From Thermoplasmata archaeon (GTDB lineage: Archaea > Thermoplasmatota > E2 > UBA202 > JdFR-43): DNA of 54,125 nt. A program made the position numbers and the translations under genes. Shown one piece after another: positions 1 to 8,012 of this stretch. Under the pieces are notes generated by a model. It was not told the DNA's origin and did no database searches. It worked only from the letters and a program-made list of their open reading frames with translations. Each line of letters starts with the position of its first letter. Position 1 is the stretch's first letter. The stretch lies in assembly GCA_021162065.1 (NCBI GenBank), contig JAGGZK010000053.1:1-54125 (forward strand), in the 5' to 3' direction.

Positions 1-1471
1 GGTAATAATAAAGAATTTTCAGAATGTATATGCTGATATGGTTAACGAGATGAAAAATTTAGAGAATTATGACACAACAGATAAAACATATTATGTCGCA
101 TTTTATCATAATGCTGGTAGAACTTCGGGAAATTCTTTTGTTGGTATTGATAATACGGGAAGTTACACAATGAAAAGTAATGTTACATTTTGGTTTGAAA
201 TAAGAGAAACTGACAACACAAATGGAGATTATACAAACTATAATCTTTCCACATTCAATGATGTCTATAATTTTAAGTTTAAGATTGCATATAACAGTAG
301 CAATAATTTTACAAGGTTTTTAAATCAATGTTGGATATTTGCAGGTAAAGGAATGGGAAGCGATAGAGATTATAATATTAATTATTTTACTGCATTTTCA
401 TCTAAAAATTCTTTCTTTTCGGCAGTTAAAATATATCAAACAGGTTCTTATGCTTCAGGTAAACCTTATTGTATAGCGTATGTTAATAATGGTTCTGTTA
501 CTTCATCAGCATATTGGAATAGAAGCGGTATTTTGTCTTGGAGAACGAGAATGCTGGATGTTTACAATACTATTAAAGACAATATGATAGCGGATGCTAA
601 TGCTTATTGGAATTATCTCCATTCATTAGGATATTATAACCTTTCAGATTTGCCAGAGGATTATATTCATGTTTTCCCTGATGTTTTTCTCCCAAATATG
701 GATTTACTCGGTAATTTATCAATGGAGAATTTTACAGCATTGTATAATGCAATTATGGCACAATTGGCACAACAGTTGGCAGATGAAAATATAACTAATA
801 TAACATGGGATAACTTTAAGATTGGTGATTATGTCGGGAAAACTGCAAATATAACATTAAAAAGGGTTACTAACACCACAAGCGGAGATGGTGAGGTTAT
901 AATTGATAAACATTATTGCTATGTTATACCTCTGGAAAGTGATTTAACAATATATACGAATAAAACTTATGCAATAACCCATAACACAAATAAACCGGCG
1001 TGGGCAGACAATCTCATTAACCAAAATGTTATGGTTATGGATTTAACCACGTATAGAACATATTACATTATAACCAACGAAACAACATATTACAATTTAA
1101 CCACGTATGATTTGAAAGAGGATAACAATTCAGTAAACTCATTAGATTATGATGTTGTTGACCCTAACGATTTTACAAATGCAATTTGGGGATTTAGATT
1201 TGTGACACCTAACCCGGAGGATTATATAATGCCAGTTCCACAGGATGAGCAAGATTTTTGGGATTTATTGAATGACTATAAAGGCATTATTACTGTTGGT
1301 TGCATTGTTTTGGGTGTAATCTTAACAGCAGGCACCAGGAAGGGAACGGGAGGGCACACCATTGGCATATTGCTTCTGGTTGCCGGGTTGGGAATGGCTG
1401 CATACTGGTACATCCTCCCGGCGGTGAACGAGATAACCTCCTTCTTTGACAAACTCACGTTCTGGGATTAG
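1..1471 (+). CDS. Large membrane-anchored surface protein, putative viral spike/fusogen (5'-truncated by window edge)
   Basis: Frame open to position 2; Asn/Thr/Tyr-rich ectodomain with many NxS/T sequons, helical segment then beta-rich segment, two C-terminal TM helices; heads the membrane protein/NTPase block. Confidence 0.55.
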   Translation, partial: VIIKNFQNVYADMVNEMKNLENYDTTDKTYYVAFYHNAGRTSGNSFVGIDNTGSYTMKSNVTFWFEIRETDNTNGDYTNYNLSTFNDVYNFKFKIAYNSSNNFTRFLNQCWIFAGKGMGSDRDYNINYFTAFSSKNSFFSAVKIYQTGSYASGKPYCIAYVNNGSVTSSAYWNRSGILSWRTRMLDVYNTIKDNMIADANAYWNYLHSLGYYNLSDLPEDYIHVFPDVFLPNMDLLGNLSMENFTALYNAIMAQLAQQLADENITNITWDNFKIGDYVGKTANITLKRVTNTTSGDGEVIIDKHYCYVIPLESDLTIYTNKTYAITHNTNKPAWADNLINQNVMVMDLTTYRTYYIITNETTYYNLTTYDLKEDNNSVNSLDYDVVDPNDFTNAIWGFRFVTPNPEDYIMPVPQDEQDFWDLLNDYKGIITVGCIVLGVILTAGTRKGTGGHTIGILLLVAGLGMAAYWYILPAVNEITSFFDKLTFWD

Positions 1472-1485
1472 GGTAAGGTGATGAT

Positions 1486-2067
1486 ATGGAATGGAAAATA
1501 GGGAAAAGGGGAATGGGATGGAAGGGAGGCATGATGATTATCCCCCTAATCGTCATGCTGATGATTGGGAACGTGGGGGCAACGACGGTAAACGTGAGCA
1601 TAGCGGGGCTTGGGGACGATCTGGTTCTCGGAAAGGACTATGCGGTGTTCAACATCACGGTGGCAAATGCCACCAGCGTAAGCAAGGTGCAGATATGGGG
1701 AGGCAGCAATGCAAGCAACCTGAGCAAACTGAAGGAATGGACGACATCCGCAGCCTACTACACATATAACTGGACAAATCTGAGCGATGGGGTGAAGTAT
1801 TACTACAAGGTGGCTGTCTTGGACAACGGCACATGGGTGAACAAGACGGGCAATTTCACCGTGCAAACATCCAGCATAATGGTGTATCTGACAGGTGAGG
1901 AGGCATATAAAACGTGGATCACAGGAGGCATGCTTCTGCTGGGATTGGCATTACAGGGAAGTAAACAATACAGAAAATTCGGGGTTATACTCCTCATAAT
2001 CGGCGTAATAGTGGGAATATACTGGTTCAATCCTCTCAACATAATGGGCTATTTCGGAGGTGGTTAA
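1486..2067 (+). CDS. Secreted Ig/FN3-like domain protein with C-terminal TM hairpin (putative virion protein)
   Basis: Signal peptide, beta-sandwich pattern (YTYNWTNLSDGVKYYYKVAV), two C-terminal TM helices; GGTGA RBS upstream. Confidence 0.7.
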   Translation: MEWKIGKRGMGWKGGMMIIPLIVMLMIGNVGATTVNVSIAGLGDDLVLGKDYAVFNITVANATSVSKVQIWGGSNASNLSKLKEWTTSAAYYTYNWTNLSDGVKYYYKVAVLDNGTWVNKTGNFTVQTSSIMVYLTGEEAYKTWITGGMLLLGLALQGSKQYRKFGVILLIIGVIVGIYWFNPLNIMGYFGGG

Positions 2068-2593
2068 AATGAACGACTTCATAACGTTGCTGATATACTC
2101 CCTCCTGGGAATTGCATACTACTTCGCTGGCTTGAGAATCTTCAACACAGGGAGGAAAAACATAGTCAACCTTGATGCTGGCAAACTCCAGATATATGCC
2201 ATCCTGACAGCCATAATCGGGCTTGGCTTGACATACTGGCTGTTCAACACAGCAATAGAGAACATCGTTGGCATTCTCTCATTCATCCCCGTATTTCCAT
2301 TGATGGCAAGGGGAGGATTCATGGACGTCCTGGACGGCAGGGGGCAGGCAGCCAAGAAGTTTGACAAGATTCTCATCATAGCCATAGGCGTTGTTTTTGG
2401 CTTCTGGCTCCTGACTTTCCTCAGCAGTTATTCGCAGATAACCAGCATAAGCACATACCTGCCGGCGGGCATAGTGGCGTTGCTGGGCTTCTGGATGATA
2501 GGAAACAAGGACGACAATCTGACGAGATGGGGCTATGGACTGCTGGCGACGGCGTTGCTCATCGTTGTAATGCAGATGGGTTTGTTCGCATGA
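2060..2593 (+). CDS. Polytopic membrane protein of the element
   Basis: About 5-6 hydrophobic helices; overlaps upstream stop; GGAGGTG RBS. Confidence 0.75.
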   Translation: MVKMNDFITLLIYSLLGIAYYFAGLRIFNTGRKNIVNLDAGKLQIYAILTAIIGLGLTYWLFNTAIENIVGILSFIPVFPLMARGGFMDVLDGRGQAAKKFDKILIIAIGVVFGFWLLTFLSSYSQITSISTYLPAGIVALLGFWMIGNKDDNLTRWGYGLLATALLIVVMQMGLFA

Positions 2594-2599
2594 GGAAGC

Positions 2600-3067
2600 A
2601 TGAGAGCCAGGAAATACATCCCTCTTTCCCTTCTATTCATTTTTCTGTTCGCCTGCCTGAATGTTAATGCACAGGATAGCCGGGAGGGTTTTGTCTGGAT
2701 CATAAGCGACAACAAACTCGTGAAGCAGAGCGAAAACATCGTCCTGGACAACGAGTTCTACATATTCCATTCCTACGATTACATCAGCGTGAAGTATTAC
2801 AGGGGCAATGAAACGTTTTTCCAGAGAGATAAGCAGGTTGGTAAACTTCTTTCTCTCACTCTCCATGATGGGGCAATATTGGAAATAAAGCATAACAACA
2901 GCGTGATCCTGAAGACAATAACCCACAAGAAAACCATCTCAAACACCCTGAAATACGGCTTGGGCGTGGAGTTCCAGCGTTCCATCATTTCCATAATAAT
3001 GGCTTTCGTGGTTGCCATCTCCGTGAACATCGCATATTATTACAACCTTGAGAGGAGGATATTATGA
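2600..3067 (+). CDS. Signal peptide plus C-terminal TM protein of the element
   Basis: N-terminal hydrophobic signal, soluble domain, C-terminal TM; operon spacing. Confidence 0.75.
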   Translation: MRARKYIPLSLLFIFLFACLNVNAQDSREGFVWIISDNKLVKQSENIVLDNEFYIFHSYDYISVKYYRGNETFFQRDKQVGKLLSLTLHDGAILEIKHNNSVILKTITHKKTISNTLKYGLGVEFQRSIISIIMAFVVAISVNIAYYYNLERRIL

Positions 3068-3429
3068 TTAAAGAAATGCTAACCACAAACTGGTTCTGGG
3101 CGTTGTGGGGGACAATGGGGGCTTATGCCATGATAAAAATACATAAGAGGGGCATTCCGTTTTTCGGCGATTTCGCCACGTTCTGGTTCGGAATAACCGC
3201 CTTTCTCGTGGGTTTTACCGTTCAATTCTCATTCTTTGGCTTATTGCTGGATTCGTCGGGAAATCTGGACATAAAGCAGATTCTTTACCTCGGCTTCCTC
3301 ATAATCGCATTCATCGGAACCCTCAAATTTGTTATGAATCAGAAATGGCTCAAGCCGTTCGCCTTCATCATCGAGATGTTCATCCTGGGTATGCTGGCTA
3401 ACTCTATATGGGATATGGTGGTGACATGA
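3064..3429 (+). CDS. Small 4-TM membrane protein of the element
   Basis: Hydrophobic throughout; ATGA overlaps with both neighbours. Confidence 0.75.
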   Translation: MIKEMLTTNWFWALWGTMGAYAMIKIHKRGIPFFGDFATFWFGITAFLVGFTVQFSFFGLLLDSSGNLDIKQILYLGFLIIAFIGTLKFVMNQKWLKPFAFIIEMFILGMLANSIWDMVVT

Positions 3430-4070
3430 AGGTTCTGGAATTTGGCAGGGAGTCTGTAAACTACGCCAGGGCAAAGTTTGACGAGTTAAAGAGAGGCTTC
3501 ACCCTCACCGCAGCCGCCGGCTTGTCCATCGTTCTTTTCATGTTCGCCCCGGATAAGTTCTATTTCATCGTCTTTGCTGCATTCTTCACCGCAACCATAT
3601 ACCATGCCATGCAGAGAATAGCAAACCTCAAGCACATCCTGACAATCGACTTCAGAAAAAACAGATTGGGGCTTTACCAGATGAGCCAGAAAAGGTTTAA
3701 CGAGTATGAGATCATAGACGAGGCGGGACTGCCGGCGACCATAAATTACAGGTTGATGGGAAAGAAGGCGGAGATCATAATCGCCGATGGGATAAAAGGG
3801 AAAAGAATCATTGTGAATCCCATTACTTCAAACATAGAGTTTGTGAGGAATTACAAGAAGGTTGCCATGGATCTGAAGGAGAAAATGAACCAGACGCTCA
3901 ACGAGATGATAGACCTCAAGGCGAAGTTGAGATATGAGACGTTGCTGAAGAGCGTTGAGTTGCTGGAAAGGGTGAGCGTTGTCGATAAGATGAACATCCC
4001 TCTGGAAAAATCGAATGGAAACGGAACGGTGGAGAAGGTAATGGAGGAGTTGGGGATAAACAATGAATGA
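3426..4070 (+). CDS. TM hairpin plus coiled-coil protein preceding the NTPase
   Basis: ATGA overlap at 3426; two N-terminal TM helices, ILTIDFRKNRLGLYQMS segment, C-terminal coiled coil; layout recalls the pre-NTPase gene of pleolipoviruses/pT26-2 elements. Confidence 0.7.
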   Translation: MKVLEFGRESVNYARAKFDELKRGFTLTAAAGLSIVLFMFAPDKFYFIVFAAFFTATIYHAMQRIANLKHILTIDFRKNRLGLYQMSQKRFNEYEIIDEAGLPATINYRLMGKKAEIIIADGIKGKRIIVNPITSNIEFVRNYKKVAMDLKEKMNQTLNEMIDLKAKLRYETLLKSVELLERVSVVDKMNIPLEKSNGNGTVEKVMEELGINNE

Positions 4071-4395
4071 GATGGAGAAGAAAGGAAGGTTTAACTACAT
4101 TCCCCGGGACTTCAGCGAGGTAAAGCAGTTCATAGACAGTGTTAATGAGAAGTATGGCATAGAGGTGTCCATCGTTGAGGACATAGAGGTTTACATCATC
4201 CTGAATGAGATGAGGAAGATAGCGGAGGAACACGGCTATGAGAATGCAATGAGGGAGATCGACGACCTCATCAAACAGAATTTCGCAAAGGATCTCACAA
4301 AGCAGAGGTTCATCATGCTGAGCAGGAAAATGCATGAGAGCATACTGAAGGGGAAAAACAGCATTGTGGATGTCCTGGAAAATGTTGAGATATGA
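4063..4395 (+). CDS. Hypothetical helical protein
   Basis: 110 aa ORF coupled to both neighbours. Confidence 0.7.
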   Translation: MNEMEKKGRFNYIPRDFSEVKQFIDSVNEKYGIEVSIVEDIEVYIILNEMRKIAEEHGYENAMREIDDLIKQNFAKDLTKQRFIMLSRKMHESILKGKNSIVDVLENVEI

Positions 4396-5131
4396 CGTTG
4401 TGGGGCTTGTGGATCCAAAACTGCATAAATTTTGTAAGTATGTGAACATGGTTAGGAGCCAGGATGAAGACTTCATCATGCTCATAACGGGGCAGACAAG
4501 GAGCGGGAAATCCACCTTGGCAATTGAAATGGCAATGCTCATGGATTCTGAATTTGAAATGGAGAGGCAAATTCTTTTTGACATAAAGGATTTGAAGAAA
4601 AGAATCTATGAGGAGAGAGGGAGAGTTTATCTCCTTGATGAGGCAATTTTTGATGCTTTCAACAGGGACTCAATGAGCATGATGAACAAATTTCTCATAA
4701 AGGTATTTACGGTGTGTGCGGAAAGAAATCATGTTATTCTAATGCTCATACCCAAGGTGAAATGGCTCGATAAACCCGTTAAAGAACGCATATCATTCAT
4801 GTTTTACACGATGAAGTATTACACCCCGGAAGGCGTTAAACGTGGCTCATATCGTGCCTATGACTGGACGGATTTTAACCCATTTGAGGACAGCGAATAT
4901 CCCACGTATGCATGGACGGGCAAATTTACACGTTTACCCCCACCTTTCTATGCAAAATACAGCGAGTTGAAAGTGCAGAATGTGAGGAAACGCCTGGAGA
5001 TAGATGAAAATAACCCATTACAATTCATGAGCAAGACGGCGATAGCCAGGGCAATCCTGAACGATCCACGCTTCAATGTGAGCAAGAAAGATCTCTATCC
5101 GATTTTTGGGAACGTGGTGTATAGGTTATAA
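4382..5131 (+). CDS. P-loop NTPase (viral morphogenesis/genome-extrusion type, Zot-like)
   Basis: Walker A GQTRSGKST, Walker B YLLDEA, LDKPVKER motif; ends the membrane protein block. Confidence 0.85.
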   Translation: MLRYDVVGLVDPKLHKFCKYVNMVRSQDEDFIMLITGQTRSGKSTLAIEMAMLMDSEFEMERQILFDIKDLKKRIYEERGRVYLLDEAIFDAFNRDSMSMMNKFLIKVFTVCAERNHVILMLIPKVKWLDKPVKERISFMFYTMKYYTPEGVKRGSYRAYDWTDFNPFEDSEYPTYAWTGKFTRLPPPFYAKYSELKVQNVRKRLEIDENNPLQFMSKTAIARAILNDPRFNVSKKDLYPIFGNVVYRL

Positions 5132-5140
5132 AGGATCCTT

Positions 5141-5467
5141 CTAACCCAATTTTTTAGTGAACCATTCTTCCACAGCCTTTGAGAACATCTCTGACCATGT
5201 GTTAAATTTGGTATGTTGTTTCACATATTCATTAAACTCTTTGGTTTCAAATATCTCTTGTGGGGTTTTGTCCACATCCTCACTAAATAATTCACTGTTA
5301 TTTAAAAAATCATCAATAGCGTTTGAATCTGTGTATCTTTGCATAAAAGAGGGACTAAATAACTCACTTAAAGAAACTTTAATTTCTTTGAATTTTTGTA
5401 TTTCTTTTTGGGTAGCCCCTAATATTCTTAACACTTCATCAAGACCTTCTATCTTTATGTCAAACAT
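5141..5467 (-). CDS. Conserved hypothetical protein (cargo)
   Basis: 108 aa AT-rich ORF with ELFSPSFMQRYT and TKFNTWSEM motifs resembling a small uncharacterised family in mobile elements. Confidence 0.65.
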   Translation of the reverse strand: MFDIKIEGLDEVLRILGATQKEIQKFKEIKVSLSELFSPSFMQRYTDSNAIDDFLNNSELFSEDVDKTPQEIFETKEFNEYVKQHTKFNTWSEMFSKAVEEWFTKKLG

Positions 5468-5499
5468 ATAAAAGAAGCGTTATAGGTGTATTTAATCGT

Positions 5500-5612
5500 T
5501 GGCGTGGCTTTTTCACATTCCGCTGCAATCTCACTCCTTGCCCTTGTATAATAATATAATATCAGGGGCGTGTGAATTGTGAAAAATAGGGAGTGTTTTT
5601 TTCACACCGCAA
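5500..5612. repeat. Non-coding region with repeated TTTTTCACA motif in both orientations and an AT-rich-loop hairpin
   Basis: TTTTTCACA at 5509-5517 and 5598-5606, TGTGAAAAA at 5578-5586; GCCCTTG..CAGGGGC around TATAATAATATAATAT. Confidence 0.5.
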
Positions 5613-5672
5613 ATTTTATGAATCCATGCAACCCCCCTCCATGCTTTTCAATCCCCAAATTATTTCCCCATC

Positions 5673-5864
5673 ATGGAAAGGAAGGTTTACATTCGCCCGG
5701 AGGATTCGCTGGAGTTTGTGTATGAAATCCTGGATAAATACAAGAATGAAGACACTCCAGATAAGGCAATAGAGAAACTAAAGAAGGACATGAGAAAGAT
5801 GATCCGCTATTTCAAGGATGAAAAATTTGAGAAGTTGCAGAGGGAGTTTGGGGTGGATCCGTAA
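5673..5864 (+). CDS. Small hypothetical protein
   Basis: 63 aa charged helical ORF, convergent with the protease gene. Confidence 0.6.
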   Translation: MERKVYIRPEDSLEFVYEILDKYKNEDTPDKAIEKLKKDMRKMIRYFKDEKFEKLQREFGVDP

Positions 5865-6332
5865 TTATTCCTCTTTCTCAAGCCATGCTATTTGCTTGGA
5901 AGGATGAAAATAAAGAGAGAGGTTGTGAAGTATTAAAAAATCTACTCCAATAATGCTTGGGAGAGAATATGACATGCCCCATCCTTCCTTATTGTCAGTA
6001 TATGGCAAATATACATACAATTTTTGTGGCTTTAAGTGGACTATTTCATTATCTTCCGTTCTGAACCTAATATCAAACTTCTCTTTTATAGGATATCCTT
6101 TATGTTTAGCCCCACCTATCATAATTTCCTCAAAGTCATTTCTATCAATTATGCTCTCAACATTAATATTCCTCTTCAAAAGTTGAGATAATGAAATAGA
6201 TGTATGACCACTCCCTGTATCTACAAAGGCATTAACAAATAATCTCGTATGTCGCCGAGGGAACTCACAAATAAATGTAACAAAAGGTTTTAGTCCACCA
6301 CTAAATTCTTCAACCTTTAATGTGATCTTCAT
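5865..6332 (-). CDS. Retropepsin-like (clan AA) aspartyl protease
   Basis: FVDTGS catalytic motif and C-terminal SIIGVDFL motif. Confidence 0.8.
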   Translation of the reverse strand: MKITLKVEEFSGGLKPFVTFICEFPRRHTRLFVNAFVDTGSGHTSISLSQLLKRNINVESIIDRNDFEEIMIGGAKHKGYPIKEKFDIRFRTEDNEIVHLKPQKLYVYLPYTDNKEGWGMSYSLPSIIGVDFLILHNLSLYFHPSKQIAWLEKEE

Positions 6333-6339
6333 GGGACAA

Positions 6340-6585
6340 TCATAAAATTAAAATTAGATTTTTTGGGGGAATGTATTCTATTATCGTTCTACTTAATTCA
6401 TCATCACTCAATTTATCTTTCAAACTATTGACTAAGTGTTCTGCATTTTCATCCACACCAACTATTTTCTTATTTATGATTGCGACAAACTTTCCAGCGT
6501 ATTTTTCTTGTAACTCCTTAAAATGTTTTGCCATCCAATGACTATCTTCCTCGAATTCCTTCATAAATTTCAATTCTTCTTCCAT
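6340..6585 (-). CDS. DUF5678-like small protein paired with the aspartyl protease
   Basis: W..KHFKELQEKYAGKFVAIINKKIVG pattern; start may be 6585 or 6615. Confidence 0.7.
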   Translation of the reverse strand: MEEELKFMKEFEEDSHWMAKHFKELQEKYAGKFVAIINKKIVGVDENAEHLVNSLKDKLSDDELSRTIIEYIPPKNLILIL

Positions 6586-6649
6586 TCCTTTTCCCTCCTT
6601 CATTCCTTCATTCATTCCTTTATTCTTTATTTCCTTCCGCCTATAATCA

Positions 6650-6671
6650 AAAAGTTATATTTATAACTTTT
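6650..6671. promoter_or_regulatory. Perfect palindrome overlapping a TATA box upstream of the DUF5678/protease pair
   Basis: AAAAGTTATA-tt-TATAACTTTT; minus strand contains TTATAAATA. Confidence 0.5.
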
Positions 6672-6768
6672 ATAAATTCTTTGTTTTATGTCTCTCCTCC
6701 ATTACCTCCTCAATCTTCACCAGATACTCCGCAACCTTTTTCCCCTTTTCAGTTAGCCAATACCACAT
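6670..6768 (-). repeat. Repressor-tail copy D (diverged), 32 aa mini-ORF MWYWLTEKGKKVAEYLVKIEEVMEERHKTKNL
   Basis: Translated by hand; aligns with the C-terminus of the wHTH protein at 9332-9616; starts 5 nt after the stop of 6774-7988. Confidence 0.75.
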
Positions 6769-6773
6769 AGTAA

Positions 6774-7988
6774 TCAGAACCAATTATAGAACTCTTGATT
6801 ACTTGAAAAACTTTTGTATATTTGTTGATTGAACACGGCTTTAACGTTTACGGAGTCAAAATTATTTTCCTTTCTATATTCATCTATCGCACTAGATTCT
6901 ATTCTTGGTTGGGTATTTCTCCATCCTCCATTATATGGAAAATCCTTATTTTGCCAAGTTGGATCAAAGATACATAATTTATCATCTTCAACATTCACAA
7001 AAATACACATATGATAGGTTTTTTCCCCATTCTTAATTAATTCAACCTCTGCACAGTAAAGCCATTTTACATCTTCTTCAGCCAGACACAAACTTATGAA
7101 TAAAAGAGCATGGTCTTCACAATCCCCTTTTTTGTTTTCCAGAGTTTCACAAGGATATAACCAACATTCTCCCCATACTCCCCCTTTAGGTGCAGTAATA
7201 TCCATGTCATAGTTATATTCTATATTGTCATATACCCAATCATTTATTTTATCCATGTCATCCCAAGTTAAATCACCATTGCAGCTACTGCCTAAAATAG
7301 ATTTTACTTTATTTTTTACTTCCGGATCATCAGGTGTAATAAACTGCTGAGCATATTGGGGTAATATAGCTTTTCTTTTACTTATAGTTTCCATTATGGA
7401 GTTATATTCATCTTCCAAAGCACTATAATCTGCTTTTAATGATTTGTATTTGTTATTTAAAGTAGAATAGTCATTTTGGAGAGCACTATATTGGGATTGT
7501 AGGAGAGAATAATTATTTTGAAGTGTTTTGTAGTCACTCTGGAGCGAGTAGTATTTCGATTGTAATTTTTCATAATCATCCTGTAGAGACATATATTTTA
7601 GCTCCAAAGAACCATACTCACTTTGGAGTGATTTAAAATTGGTATATAACGAGTTATAATCCTCTTGTAGAGAGTTGTATTCTGTCTCAAGAGCGGTATA
7701 ATTGTTTTGTAATGTTTGATATTGTTGTTGGAAAAGATTATGTTGTTCTTGAAGATGATTATAATTTGCCTGAAGAAGAACATATTTTGATTGAAGGGAA
7801 TTATAACTTTTCTTTGTCGTGTTATATTCCTGCTGGAGGTTAATATATTCCTGTTGCATGCTGGCATAATCTTCTTTAACTTCACCATATTCCTGTTGTA
7901 AATCTGTAAATGTATAAAAGCCCGCTACGTTAAACACAACTGATATACTCAAGAAAAGCCCTAATACTGCAGCCCCTGCATTTGACAT
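6774..7988 (-). CDS. Membrane-anchored coiled-coil protein with C-terminal transglutaminase-like cysteine protease domain
   Basis: N-terminal TM, long Y/L heptad repeat, GDCEDHA Cys motif, HM and FDPT completing a Cys-His-Asp triad. Confidence 0.8.
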   Translation of the reverse strand: MSNAGAAVLGLFLSISVVFNVAGFYTFTDLQQEYGEVKEDYASMQQEYINLQQEYNTTKKSYNSLQSKYVLLQANYNHLQEQHNLFQQQYQTLQNNYTALETEYNSLQEDYNSLYTNFKSLQSEYGSLELKYMSLQDDYEKLQSKYYSLQSDYKTLQNNYSLLQSQYSALQNDYSTLNNKYKSLKADYSALEDEYNSIMETISKRKAILPQYAQQFITPDDPEVKNKVKSILGSSCNGDLTWDDMDKINDWVYDNIEYNYDMDITAPKGGVWGECWLYPCETLENKKGDCEDHALLFISLCLAEEDVKWLYCAEVELIKNGEKTYHMCIFVNVEDDKLCIFDPTWQNKDFPYNGGWRNTQPRIESSAIDEYRKENNFDSVNVKAVFNQQIYKSFSSNQEFYNWF

Positions 7989-8012
7989 GAAGCGAGATAT
8001 AATGTAAAAAAT

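Noticed and set aside
1-1471. Diversity-generating retroelement targeting the spike-like gene
   Set aside because: No reverse transcriptase and no template/variable repeat pair visible in the window.
3916-4584. Long antisense ORFs (also 16321-17016, 19590-20270, 24716-25489, 48707-49603 and others)
   Set aside because: Shadows of well-supported genes on the opposite strand, with no motifs or RBS.
6575-6635. Short CATTCCTT repeats
   Set aside because: Low-complexity purine-rich (minus strand) tract; too short to support a function.
7380-7900. Apparent periodicity in the DNA
   Set aside because: Explained by the coiled-coil heptad repeat of the encoded protein; no exact nucleotide tandem repeat.
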